From contig NC_058369.1 in NCBI RefSeq assembly GCF_018350175.1, forward strand, positions 16,928,001 to 16,992,000: DNA of 64,000 nucleotides, given 5' to 3'. Origin of the DNA: Felis catus. Lineage: Eukaryota. A program made the position numbers and the translations under genes. Below, piece by piece: positions 1-13,145 of the stretch; positions within the stretch are counted from its first letter, which is position 1; each line of letters starts with the position of its first letter. The notes below the pieces were generated by a model. The model was not told where the DNA came from. It saw only the letters and a list, made by a program, of their open reading frames with translations, and made no database searches.

Positions 1-3000
1 TTCAGAACATTCCATCCTAAAGCAGCAGACTACACATTCTTTTCAAGTGCATATGGAACATTCTCCAGAGAAGATCACATATTAGGCCACAAAACAAGCC
101 TCAACAGATTCAAAAATACGGAAGTTATACCATGCATCTTTTCTGATCACAACACTATGAAACAAGAAGTCAACCACAAGAAAAAATCTGGAAAGACCAC
201 AAATATATAGAGTTTAAATAACATGCAACTAGGGGTGCCTGGGTGGCTCAGTCAGTTAAGCAACCGACACTTGATCTCAGTTCAGGTCTTAAATTCAGGA
301 TCATGAGTTCATGCCCCCCACTGGACTCCATGCTGGGCATGAAGTCTACTTTAAAAAAAAAAAAAATGCAACTAAACAATGAATGAGGGGTGCCTGGCTG
401 GCTCAGCCAATGGAGCATGCGACTCTTGATCTCTGGGTTGTAAGTTTGAGCCCCATGTTCAATATAGAGATTATCTAAAAATTAAAAAAATCTTTAAAAA
501 AAATCAATGAGTCAACCAGAAAACAAAAGAAGAAATTATAAAGTACATGGAGAGGCACCTGGGTGGCTCCGCTGAGGGTCCAACTTTGGCTCAGGTCATG
601 ATCTCACAGTTGGTGAGTTTGAGTCCCATGTCAGGCTCACTGTTGTCAGTACAGAGCCTACTTTAAGATCCTCTGTCCCCCCTCTCTGCCGCTCCCCTGC
701 CCATGCTCTCACTCTCAAAAAATAAAAAAGTAAAGATTAAAAGTACATGGAAACAAATGAAAATGAAAACACAATGGTTCAAAACCTTTGGGATGTATCA
801 AGAGCTGTTGTAAGAGGGAAGTTTACAGTAATACAGGTCTACCTCAGGAAGCAAGAAAAATCTCAAATAAATAACCTAACTTTACAGCTAATGGAGCTAG
901 AAAAAGAACAACAAAACCTAAAACCAGCAGAAGAAAGGAAATTATAAAGATTAGAGCAGAAATAAATGATACAGGGGTGCCTGGATGGCTTAGTTGGTTA
1001 AGTGGCCAACTTTAGCTCAGGTCATGATCTTGCAGTTCATGAGTTTGAGCCCTGCATTGGGCTCTGTGTTACAGCTCAGAGCTTATAGCCTGCTTCGGAT
1101 TCTGTGTCGCCCTCTCTTTCTGCCCCTTCCCCGCTCACACTCTGTTTCTCTCTCAAAAATAAACAAACATTAAAAAAAACTTTTTTAATTAAAAAAAAGA
1201 GGAATAAAGGATACAGAAATTTAAAAAACAATAGATCAATGAAACCAGGAACTGGTTCTCTAGGGGGTGAAAAAAAAAATCAATAAAACTGATAAACTTC
1301 TAGCCAGACTTATCAAGGGGGAAAAAAGGACCCAAATACATAAAATCACAAATGAGACAGGAGAATAACCAATACCACAGAAAAGAGAATATTATGAAAA
1401 ATTACATAACAACAAATCAGACAAGCTAGAAAAAATGGGTAAATTATTAGAAACATAGAACCTACCAAAACTGAAACGGGAAGAAAAAGAATATTTGAAC
1501 TAATTACCAGCAAAGAAATTGAATAGTAATCCAAAAATTCATAAAAAAAAAAAAAAATCGAGGCCCAGATTGCCTCACAGGTGAATTCTACCAAACACTG
1601 AAAGAAGAGTTAATACCTATTCTTCTCAAACTATTCCAAAAAACAGAAGAGGGAAGAAAAACTTGCAAACTTATTCCACGAGGCCAGCATTACCCTGATA
1701 TCAAAACCAGATAAAGACACCACAAAAAAAAAGTAGAACTACAGGCCAATATCCCTGACGAACACTGATGCAAAAATCCTCAACAAAATAATAGCAAACC
1801 AAATCCAAAAATACATTTAAAAAATCATTCAAGGGCATCTGGGTGGCTCAGTTGGTTAAGTGTCCAACTCTTGATTTCGGCTCAGGTCACGATCTTGTGG
1901 TTTCATGAGTCCAAACCCCACACCAGGCTCTGCACTGGCAGCATGGAGTCTACTTGGGATTCTCTCTCCCTACCTCTCTCTGCTCCTTCCCAACTCGCAC
2001 TCTCTCTCAAAATAAATAAACAAACTTAAAAGAAAAAAAATCATTCACCACGATCAAGTGGAATTTATTCCTGAGTTGCAAGGGTGGTCCAATATTCCCA
2101 AATCAATCAATGTAATATATCACATCAATAACAGAAAGAAATAAGAACCATATGATCACTTCAATCGATGCAGGAAAAGCATCTGACAAGGTACAACATC
2201 CATTCAAGATAAAATCCCTCAACAAAGTAGGTTTAGAGGGAACATACCTCAACATAAAAACATGTTGTTTTTATGAGGCTATGTGTGAAAAACTCACAGC
2301 TAATATCATTCTCAATGGGGAAAAACTGACAGCCTTTCCCCTAAGGTCAGGAACAACACAAGGATGTCCACTCTCACTATTTTTATTAAACATAGTACTG
2401 AAATTCCTAGTCACAGCAATCAGACAGCAAAAAGAAATAAAAAGCATCCAAATCAGCAAGGAAGAAGTCAAACTTTTACTAGTTGCAGATAACATGATAC
2501 TATATGTAGAAAACCCAAAAGACTCCACCCCAGAACTGCTAGAACTCATAAATGAATTCAGTAGAGCTGCAGAATACAAATTCAATATACAGAAATCCGT
2601 TGCATTTCTATACATCAGTAATGAAGTAGCAGAAAAAGAAATTAAGAAAATCCCATTTATCAGACTTCAAACTGTATTACAAAGCTATAATCATCAAGAC
2701 AGTATGGCACTGGCACACAACCAGACACTCAGATCAATGGAACAGACTAGAGAACCCAGAGATGGACCCACAAATATATGGCCAACTAATCTCTGACAAA
2801 GCAGGAAAGCATATCCAATGGAATAAAGACAGTCTCTTCAGCAAATGGTGCTGGGAAAACTCGACAGTGACATGCAGAAAAATGAACTTGGACCACTTTC
2901 TTACACCATGAGAAAAATAAACTCAAAATGGATGAAAGACCTAAATGTAAGACAGGAAGCCATCAAAATCCTCGAGGAGAAAGCAGGCAAAAACCTCTTT

Positions 3001-5990
3001 GACCTTGGCCACAGCAACTTCTTATTCAACACGTCTCCAGAGGCAAGGGAAACAAAAGCAAAAATGAACTATTGGGACCTCATCAAAATAAAAAGCTTCT
3101 GCACAGCTTAGGAAACAATCAGCAAAACTAAAAGGCAACCGACAGAATGGGAGAAGATATTTGCAAAGGACATATCAGATAAAGGGTTAGTATCCAAAAT
3201 CTATAAAGAACTTACCAACTCAACACCCAAAAAACAGAATGAAGAAATGGGCAAAAGACATGAATAGACACTTCTCCAAAGAAGACATCCAGATGGCCAA
3301 CTGACACATGAAAAAATGCTCCACATCACTCATCATCAGGGAAATACAAATCAAAAGCACAATGAGATACCGCCTCACACCTGTCAGAATGGCTAACATT
3401 AACAACTCAGGCAACAACAGATGTTGGCAAGGATGTGGAGAGAAAGGATCTCTTTTGCACTGCTGGTGGGAATGCAAACTGGTGCAGCCACCCTAGAAAA
3501 CAGTATGGAGGCTCCTCAAAAAACTAAAAATAGAACTACCCTATGACCCAGCAATTGCACTACTAGGCATTTATACAAGGGATACAAGTGTGCTATTTCA
3601 AAGGGGCACATGCACCCCCATGTTTATAGCAGCACTATCAACAATAGCCAAAGTATGGAAAGAGCCCAAATGCCCACTGATGGATAAGTGCATAAAGAAG
3701 ATGTGGTATATATATACAATGGAGTATTGCTTAGCAATCAAAAAGAATGAAATCTTGGCATTTACAACTATGTGGGTGGAACTAGAGGGTATTATGCTAA
3801 GTGAATCAGAGAAAGACAAATATCATATGACTTCACTCATGAGGACTTTAAGATACAAAACAGATAAACATAAGGGAAGGGAAGCAAAAAATAATATAAT
3901 AACAGGGAGGGGGACAAAAACATAAGAGACTCTTAAATATGGAGAACAAACAGAGGGTTACTGGAGGGGTTGTGGGAGGGGGGATGGGCTAAATGGGTAA
4001 GGGGCATTAAGAAATCTACTCCTGAAATCATTGTTGCACTATATGCTAACTAATTTGGATGTAGTTTAAAAAATAAATTAAATTTAAAAAATAATCCCAT
4101 TTACAACTGCACCCCAAATAAGAAGATACCTAGGAATAAACCTAATCAAAGAGGTGAAAAACCTATCACTCTGAAAACTGTAACCACCGATGAAGGAAAT
4201 CAAAAATGACACAAAGAAATGAAAAAAAAATTCCATGCTCATAGACTGGAAGAACAAATATTGTTAAAATGTCTATACTACCCAAAGCAATCTACACATT
4301 TAATGTACTCTCTATCAAAATACCAACAGAAATTTTCACAAAACTGGAACAAACAATCCTAAAATTTGTATGGAACCACAAAAGACCCTGAATAGCCAAA
4401 GCAATCTTGAAAAAGAAAAGCAAAGCTGGAGGCATCATAATTCCAGACTTAAAGTTACATTACAAAGCTGTAGTAATCACAAAGTACTGGCACAAAAACA
4501 AGCACATAGATCAATGGAACAAAATAAAAAATCTAGAAATAAACCCGTAAGTATATTGTCAATTAATCTTTGACAAAGCAGGAAAGAATATGCAATGGGA
4601 AAAAAGTCTCTTCAACAAATGGTGTTGGGAAAACTGGATAGCAACATGTGGAAGAATGAAACTGGACCATTTTCTTCCACCACACACAAAAATAAATTCA
4701 AAATGGATTAAAAACCTACATGTGAGGTCTGAAACCATAAAAATCATACAAAAGAGGGGTGCCTGGGTGGCTCAGTTGGTTAAGCATCTGACTTTGGCTC
4801 AGGTCATGATCTTGCAGTCTGTGAGTTCCAGTCCCACATCAGGCTCTGGGCTGACAGCTCAGAGCCTGGAGCCTGCTTCAGATTCTGTGCCTCCCTCTCT
4901 TTCTGCCCCTCTCCCACTCATGCTGTCTCAAAAATAAATGAACATTAATTTTTTTTTAATCCTACAAAAGACCACAGGCAGTAATTAAACTGATATCAGC
5001 TTTAGCAGCTTTTTTTTTTTTTTTTTTTAAGATATGTCCCCTGGGGCAAGGGAAGCAAAAGCAAAACTAAACTATTGGAACAACATCAAAATAAAAAGCT
5101 TCTGCATAGCAAAGGAAACAATCAACAAAACTAAAAGGCAACCTACAGGATGGGAGAAGACATTTGCAAATGACCTATCTGCTAAAGGGTTAGTATCCAA
5201 AATATATTAAGAACTTATAAAACCCAACACCCAAAAAACTAACCCAATTTAAAAATGGGCAGAAGACATGAAGCGACACTTCTCCAAAGACGACATTCAG
5301 ATGGCCAACAGACCAACAGGCCAACATAAAAAAAATGCTCATTGTCACTTATCAGGGAAATGCAAATCAAAACTACAATGAGGTATCATCTCACACCTGT
5401 CAGAATGGCTAAAATCAAAAACACAAGAAACAACAGATTTTGGCAAGGATATGGAGAAAAAGAAACCCTCTTGCAGTGTTGGTGGGAATGCAAGCTGGTG
5501 CAGCCACTGTGGAAAAGAGTATGGAGGTTCCTCAAAAAATTAAAAATAGAACTACCCTACAATCCAGCAATTGCGCTACTGTGTATTTACTCAACAAATA
5601 CAAAAACACGAATTCAAAGAGATATGTGCACCCCTATGTTTACAGCAGCATTATTTAGAATAGCCAAGATATGGAAGTAGCTAAGTGCCCATCGAGAGAT
5701 GAACACATAAAGATGTGGTATATATACACAATGGAATATTCAGCCATTAAAAAAAAAAAAAGAATGAAATCTTACCATTTGCAATAACATGGACAGAGCC
5801 AGAGAGTATAATGCTAAGTGAAATAAGTCAGAGAACCATATGATTTCACTCATATGTGGAATTTAAGAAACAAAACAAACTAGCAAAAGGGAAAAAGAGA
5901 CAAACAAAGAAACAGACTCTTAACTATAGAGAGGAGGGATGAGGAGAAGAGTGAAATAAGTAATGGGGATTAAGAAGTGCACTTGTGATG
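1..5990 (+). mobile_element. Degraded carnivore LINE-1 (L1_Carn-like): ORF2 remnants plus 3'UTR, interrupted by several SINEs and a younger L1
   Basis: ORF-track fragments resemble L1 ORF2: 2152-2796 (GTTQGCPLS and ADNMILY, a decayed FADD motif), 4590 ([11 protein letters not shown]), 5342-5680 (HLTPVRMA...[13 protein letters not shown]). Many stops and frameshifts. Confidence 0.92.
2660..4092 (+). mobile_element. 5'-truncated younger felid L1 nested inside the older L1
   Basis: Second copy of the ORF2 C-terminal region (2845-3925) with its own 3'UTR and A-rich tail. Flanked by the direct repeat AATCCCATTTA at 2649-2659 and 4093-4103; the host L1 resumes after 4103. Confidence 0.88.
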
Positions 5991-6029
5991 AGTACTGGGT
6001 GATTCAGATAAAGATTTAGGACAAACAAA

Positions 6030-6540
6030 CAAAAAACCACAAAGTATCGTAAGGAAAAACTGCCAACCAAGAATATCCAACAAAGGTGTCTTTCAGAAAT
6101 GAAGGAAAGGGGTACCTGGGTGGCTCAGTCGGTTAAGTGTCTGACTTCAGCTCACGTCACGGATCTCACTGTCCGTGAATTCGAGTCCTACATCCAGTTC
6201 TGTGCTGACAGCTCAGAGGCTGGAGCCTGCTTCAGATTCTGTGCCTCCCTCTCTCTGCCCCTCCCCAACTCTCACTCTGTCTCTATCACAAAAGTAAATA
6301 AAAATTTAAAAATTAAAAAAAAAAAAAGCAATGAAGGAGAGATAAAGATTTTCATGGATAAACAAAAGTTCAGAGAATTCATCACCATTAGACCTCACTT
6401 ACAAGCAATGCTCAAAGCAGTTCTTCAGCCAATATGAAAGGATACTAACCAGGAAAAGGAAAACATACCCTGGGTAAAGGCAAGTATACCATCAAATTCA
6501 GAATATGGTGGTTTGCTAATCACTTAACTCTAATATAAAA
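6030..6540 (+). mobile_element. L1 ORF1 C-terminal remnant split by a SINE
   Basis: Translation NEGEIKIFMDKQKFREFITIRPHLQAMLK resembles the L1 ORF1p C-terminus. The SINE at about 6109-6330 is flanked by AATGAAGGA repeats. Confidence 0.75.
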
Positions 6541-6789
6541 GTTAAGGGGCGCCTGGGTGGCTCGGTCGGTTAGTCTTCCAACTTCAGCTCAGGTCATGAT
6601 CTCACAGCTCTTGAGTTCGAGCCTCGTGTCAGGCTCTGTGCTGACAGCCTGCTTCAGATTCTGTCTCCCTCTCTTTCTGCCCCTCCCCCATCTGCACTCT
6701 GTCTCTCTCTCAAAAATAAACATTAAAAAAATTGTTTTAAGTTAAAAGACAAAACTATTAGTAACTGTAGCTCTAATAATTTGCTAACA

Positions 6790-7281
6790 GATTTTAAAAA
6801 AACATACAAATGGCCAACAGGTACATGGACAGGTGCTCAACATCCCTAATCATCAGGGAAATGCAAATCAAAACCACAAGTTATAACCTCACACCTGTTA
6901 GGATGGCTTTTATTTAAAAAGACAATAGATAACATGTTGGGAAAGATGTGGAGAAAAGGGAATCCTTGTACACTGTTGGTGGAAATGTAAACTGGTATAG
7001 TCATTAAGCAAAACAGTATGAAAGTTCCACAAAAATTAAAAAACAACAACAACAACAACAATCTTATAATCTAGCAATCCTACTTCTGGGTATATCCAAA
7101 GGAAACAAAATCATTATCTTAAAGAGCTATCTGCATCTCCATGTTCAGTACAACAGTATTCACAAGAGTCAAGATATGGAAACAACCTAAATGTGAACAG
7201 AGAAGTGGATAAAGATGATGTGGTACATATATACAATGGAATATTATCCAGCCATAAGAAAGAAATCCTGTCATTTACATT

Positions 7282-7322
<41 letters not shown>

Positions 7323-9930
7323 GATACAAACTTCAGCTACATATTTATATCCTTTTCAACCCCAAAGCTAAAATCAAGTCCAATGAGAACACATTAGAAT
7401 AATTTCCATCAAAGTCAAAGGCCAAACAAGCCTATCCCTTTTACTACTGTTGTAGAGGTACGAGCTGTCACAATTAGGTGATTGAAAGAAAACACAGGAA
7501 TGTAAATGTAAAAGAAAAAGTAAAATGACCATTATTTGCAGATGATATTATTATATACCTAGAGAATCAACTAAAAACCTTTATAGTTTTGTAATCAGGT
7601 AAGGTGGTGAAAATTAATATATAGAAAATAATGCCTTCACATACACCATCAACAAGAAGGTAGAAGATAAAATGCTTCAATACCACCAAAAACAAAGAAA
7701 AAGACCTGAGAATAAACTTAACAAGAAATGCCAAGAAATCTCTCAAACTCTGAGGGACACAGAAGAAGGCTTGAGCAAAGAGAAAGGCATACAATCTTCT
7801 CAGTGGGAAAGACTCATCACCTAAATGTCATTCTTCCTACATTAACCTAAAAATGTAACACAGTACCAATAAAAACAAAAAGGATTTTTTTGAAACAGGC
7901 AAATCTACCTTAAAGTTCATATAAGTAAAACACAGCCAAGAAAATTCTGAAAATTAAAGGTAATGAATGAGAATTCACTTTGCCAAATATCAAAACATGC
8001 TCTAAAGCTAGAATAATTAAAACGTGTACTGAAACATAAATACACAAATTGACGTACAGAATTGAAAGTCCAGAAATACACCCAAATGTATATGACATGT
8101 GGCAAAGTATATCACATATAGTAAAGGATATTTGAACAAGTGCAAGAAAGATGACCTGTTTAATACAAGGCATTGCAACAAATGGGTGGCCATTTGGGAA
8201 AAAATTAAGTTGGACCCACACTTTTCACCAAAATAAATTCCAAATGGATAAGAGATTTAAAGGTAAATAATGAAATTCTAAAAGTACTTTAAGGAACCAC
8301 AGGATAATTTTTCATACTCTTCTAGTAGGGAAGATCTTTCTAGGTATGATAGAGAACCAAGAAGCCTTAAAAGTTCAATGAGTATGACCTAATTAAGAAC
8401 TAGAGGGTATTCATGCCATGTGAAATAAGTCAGTCAGAGAAAGACAGATATCATATGATTTCACTCATATGTGGAATTTGAGAAACTCGACAGATAACAT
8501 AGGGGAAGGGAAGAAAAAAAATAAGATCAAAATAGAGGAGGCGGCAAACCATAAAAGACTCTTCAATACAGAGAAGAGAGTTGCTGGAGGAGAGGTGGGT
8601 TGTGGGATGGGTTAAATGGGTGATGGGCATTAAGAAGGGCACTTTTCAGGATGAGCACTAGATGTCATATGTAAGAGACGAATTGCTGGGTTCTACTCCT
8701 GAAGCCAAGACTACACTGTATGTTAACTAACGTGAATTTAAATTAAAATTTTTTTCACGACAAAATCATTCTAAATAAAAAGATAAATAACAAGCTGGAA
8801 AAATATAACTGCAAGTTACATCATTAGCAAGGTGCTACGTTCCTTCATATACAAAAAATTTTTACAAAATCAATTTTAAAAACACCAAAGCCCAGGGTGC
8901 CTGGGTGGTTCAGTCAGTTAAGTGTCTGACTCAGTTTTGGCTCAGGTCACCATCTCACGGTTTGTGAGTTCAAGCCCCACATCAGGCTCCACACTGACAG
9001 TATGAAGCCTGCTCGGGATTCTCTCTCCCTCTCTCTCTGCCCTTCCCCCACTCATGTTCTCTCTCTCTCTCTCTCTCTCTCTCTAAATAAATAAATAAAT
9101 AAATAAATTTTAAAAAATAATACACCAAAGCCCAATAGAAATATGGGCAAAGGATATGAACAACTTATTCACAGAAAAGAAAATGGAAAACAGTCCTTCA
9201 ACCTTATAGCAACAGGAGAGATACAAATTAAAACTACACCTGATAGGAGTGTTCACTCTACTACTCTTAACTTTTCTATAGGTTGAACTAAGCTTGGAAG
9301 AAAAAATATACAGAGGAATAATTTTTTCACCTATCAAACTGGCAAAGATCAAACTGTGTGCTATCACAGTGCCGGAAGCATACTGGACACAGCCTCTATG
9401 GAGGTTTATCTGCAAAGAGCTATCAAAATTGCAAAAGCACATACTCATCAACCCAGCAATCCTGCCTCTGCTAAGTGACCAGACAGATGCACTTGGACAT
9501 GCATCAAATGATGCCTACAGAAGTGTTTCTGCACTTGCAAAATTGACAACACCTTATATGTCCATCAACAGAGCTCTGGCTAAATAAAGGTATATCCTGA
9601 CAATGGAAAATTATCCAGTTGTGAAAGACAATGAGAAAGTTCTTATGTATCGATAATGAACTATCACAAACAGAGAGAGAAAAAAGCAAGGGATATAGTG
9701 GGCTACTTTCATGTAAAAGCAAAGAGCTCTCTGTGTATCTGCCTGTATTATGCAAAGAACACCCCTGCACAGATACTGGAGAACTGGTAACACTGGCTGC
9801 CTCTAGGGAGAGGATGCGGTGGCCAGTGCAAGATGGAAGGGAAACTTCCCTGTGTATACTCTGTTGTTCCTTTTGAATTTTGTGCCATGTGAATGTATTA
9901 CTGCACTGAAAAGCTAAAATTAAAAATAAT
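6790..9930 (+). mobile_element. Cluster of old L1 (L1MA/L1ME-like) fragments, including a short carnivore L1 3' end at about 8395-8745
   Basis: Typical L1 3' motifs (atcatcagggaaatgcaaatcaaaaccac; gaaataagtcagtcagagaaagacagatatcatatg) in A-rich plus-strand sequence. Confidence 0.7.
7284..7320. repeat. (AC)~18 microsatellite
   Basis: Direct reading. Confidence 0.95.
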
Positions 9931-11475
9931 GAACAATGCTTCCCTGTGGAAGCAGCAGTCTTCCCTGAATTTCTGTCACTGTGTATTTCCCCCATGCCTG
10001 TGTTCGTTCTGACTCTCTGAGCCTCCTCTGATTGATTATGGTCCCTTTGGGAAGAAGGTCACAGCTGAATCGCCTTTGTGTTCCCTAGAGTACCCAGCAT
10101 CTCATTTGGTGCCGAGCGGAAAGTCACTGCAAGTCTGTTCACTGTGCTAAACTAGTCCACTGGTGCAAACAATTCATCCTTGGGGGAAAGAAGATTTTTC
10201 GGAAAGTTGTTTTGCAAGGCAGCCCAATGATAAGGACAGGAAATTCTGCTTCTGAAAGCATCAAAATTAGCCAAACAATCCAGAGAATTCTCAGCAGACC
10301 AAGTTAAAAGTAAATGAACAGAGAGAGGAGTTTCACTTCATGAATGAAAGCTGATTTCAGAGAACTTGAAGCCTGAAAATATATATTCAAGAGGATGATT
10401 ACTGCCACATTTAGAGTAACTGTTAGGATGGCACAGCAATACCCAGATTGAAGGGAAGACCAAATTATATTAACTGGTTGTGATGGTCATCACAAGTAAC
10501 CACGTACATGACGCCGACTCTCTTCACAACTGGACAACAACAAATATATTACAGATTTTCTTCCACAGTGCCAGCTACCACATTCTTATTCCCTTCTGAC
10601 CTGGTCAGGAAGGACTAACAAAGGGACTGAACTGACCCCTGCTAAGAATGTGGGCAAAGAATTTGTTTTAAACCTAGAAGCAACCCAGGAACCCAATGGG
10701 ACAGCCCAGTCATTTCATAAGACTTCTGGCTGAGGGGGAGGGTGCCCTCGGTCTCAGTCCCAGCAGGTGCTGGCAGGAGCATGGCGAGGACCAGCCGCCT
10801 GCTCCCAGCTAACCGTGGGCAAGCACAGCCATATCCACACAGGACAGAGGCCCCTTGCCTGGTTTCCTGACAGAAGTGTGGCCTGATGGAGGGCACCACG
10901 GTTCTTGATAGCTTACCCTAAAGTGAGAGTGTGAAGAGACTCTTTTTCATTACTGTCACAAAAGCTTTTAATATAAACGCTACACAGAAAATGGTTTCAT
11001 TCCCAACATAAATCTGCAAAAGCACTGTGAGAGAGAGCTTGAGATGAAGTTCACCTGGAGCTCTTCTCCTTGACACAGCCATTTTCAAAAACTGGTGCTG
11101 GGAAAACTGGACAGCCACTATGCAAAATAGTTAGATGGGACCATTACATCACATATAAAAATTCAAAATTCATCAAAGACCTAAACAAAGAGCTAAAACT
11201 ATAAAACTCTTAAAAGAAAGTAGAGTAAAAGCTTCAGAATACTGGATTTGACAAGAATTTCTTGAATATGACACCAAAAGCACAGGCAGAAAAAAAAATT
11301 GGACCTCAAAAACTGAATTTTTGTGCATCAAAGGAAGCTATTGAGTGAAAAGACAACCCACAGAGTGGGAAAAAGTAATCATACCTGATAGGGACTTAAT
11401 ATCTAGAACACATAAAAAAACTTTTATGACTTGGCAACAAAAAACCAAAAAAGCCTATTCAAAAATGGGAAAAGG

Positions 11476-11698
11476 GGGGCGCCTGGGTGGCGCAGTCGGT
11501 TAAGCGTCCGACTTCAGCCAGGTCACGATCTCGCGGTCCGTGAGTTCGAGCCCCGCGTCGGGCTCTGGGCTGATGGCTCAGAGCCTGGAGCCTGTTTCCG
11601 ATTCTGTGTCTCCCTCTCTCTCTGCCCCTCCCCCGTTCATGCTCTGTCTCTCTCTGTCCCCAAAATAAATAAACGTTGAAAAAAAAAATTTTTTTTAA
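11476..11698 (+). mobile_element. Young felid CAN-SINE (SINEC_Fc-type)
   Basis: ggggcgcctgggtggcgcagtcggttaagcgtccgacttcagccagg head, CT-rich body and A tail. Perfect 15-bp TSD AAAAATGGGAAAAGG (11461-11475 / 11699-11713). CpGs retained. Confidence 0.95.
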
Positions 11699-12284
11699 AA
11701 AAATGGGAAAAGGACTTGAATAGACATTTCTCTAGAGAAGATATACTAATGGCCAAGAGGCACATGAAAAGATGCCCAACACCACTAATCATTAGGGAAT
11801 GCAAACCATAATGACATTAAAACCATAATGACAGTGGGGTGCCTGAGTGGCTCAGTCACTTAAGTGTCCGACTTCAGCTCAGGTCATGATCTCGCAGTTC
11901 GTGGGTTCAAGCCCCGCGTCGGGCTCTGTGTTGCTAGCTCGGAGCCTGGAGCCTACTTCAGATTCTGTGTCTTCCTCTCTCTGCCCCTCCCCCACTCGCA
12001 CTCTGTCTCTGTCTCCAAAAAATGAGAAAAAAAAAATTAAAAACAAAAACCATAATGAGATATCACTTCACATCCACAAGCATAGCTATTATTAAAAAAT
12101 AAAAACAGGGGCACCTGGGTGGCTCAGTCAGTTAAATGTCCGACTCCTGATCTCGGCTCAGGTCATGATCTGGTGGTTCATGGGTTCAAGTCCCATGTCA
12201 GGCTCTGTGCTGACAGTGCAGAGCTTGCTTGGGATTCTTTCTCCCCCTGTCTATCTGCCCCTGCTCTGCACGCATGCCCTCTCC

Positions 12285-12322
<38 letters not shown>

Positions 12323-13031
12323 AATAAGTCAACATTTAAACATCTTTAAAAATAATAAATAAAAACAAATAAAAATGGAAAGTAACGTTGCCAAGGATGT
12401 GGAGCAACTGGGAACCCTTGTAAGTTACTGGTACAAAGTAAAACGGGGCAGCCACTGTGGAAAACAACCTAGCAGTTCCTCAAAAAGTTAAATACAGAAT
12501 TACCATATGTTCCAGCAATTCCTCCCCTGGGTATATATCCAAAGAACTGAAAGTAGGGATTTGAACAGATATCTGTACAGTCACGTTTATAGTAGCATTA
12601 TTCACAATAGGCAAAGGGAGAAACAGCCCAAATGTCTGCCGACAGATAAAGAGATAAATAAAATGTGGATATACATACAAGTGAATATTTGGAAAATATT
12701 ACAAAAGGAATGAAAAGAAAATGAAATTCTGACACATGATACAACATGAACAATGTTCACTATGTTAAGTGAAATAAGCCACATACAAAAGGACAAACAC
12801 AGTATGATTCCACTTATACGAGGAACTTAGAATAGGCAAATTCATAGAAACAGAAAGGAGAATAGTGGTTGCCAGGGGTAGGAGGAGGGAAGAAAGGGAA
12901 GTTGTTTAATGAGTACAGAGTTTGTGTTTGGAATGATGAAAAAGTTCTGGAAATGGACAGTGGTGATGGTTGTACAATACTGTAAATATATCTGGTGCCA
13001 CTGAAAGGTACACTTAAAAATAGTTAAAATC

Positions 13032-13145
13032 GTGCCTCAGCAGTAACATATGGTAATACTGGAATGACAGAGAAGATCAGCATAGCCCTTGTGCAAGGAT
13101 GACACACAAATTTATGAAGCATTCCATGTATTAAACAAAAAAAAA
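13032..13145 (+). pseudogene. U6 snRNA processed pseudogene with A tail
   Basis: gtgc...cagtaacatat...ggaatgacagagaagatcagcatagcccttgtgcaaggatgacacacaaatttatgaagcattccatgtatt follows U6 along its length (ACAGAGAAGA box kept, many substitutions). It has an A-rich tail, sits inside an L1 3'UTR, and shows no obvious PSE/TATA upstream. Confidence 0.9.

Noticed and set aside
2152..2796. 214-aa RT-like ORF as a functional reverse transcriptase
   Set aside because: L1 ORF2 fragment with a decayed catalytic motif (ADNM), surrounded by stops and chimeric across the nested L1 junction.
13032..13132. Functional U6 snRNA gene
   Set aside because: Many substitutions, a poly(A) tail and TSD, located inside an L1, with no visible U6 promoter elements.
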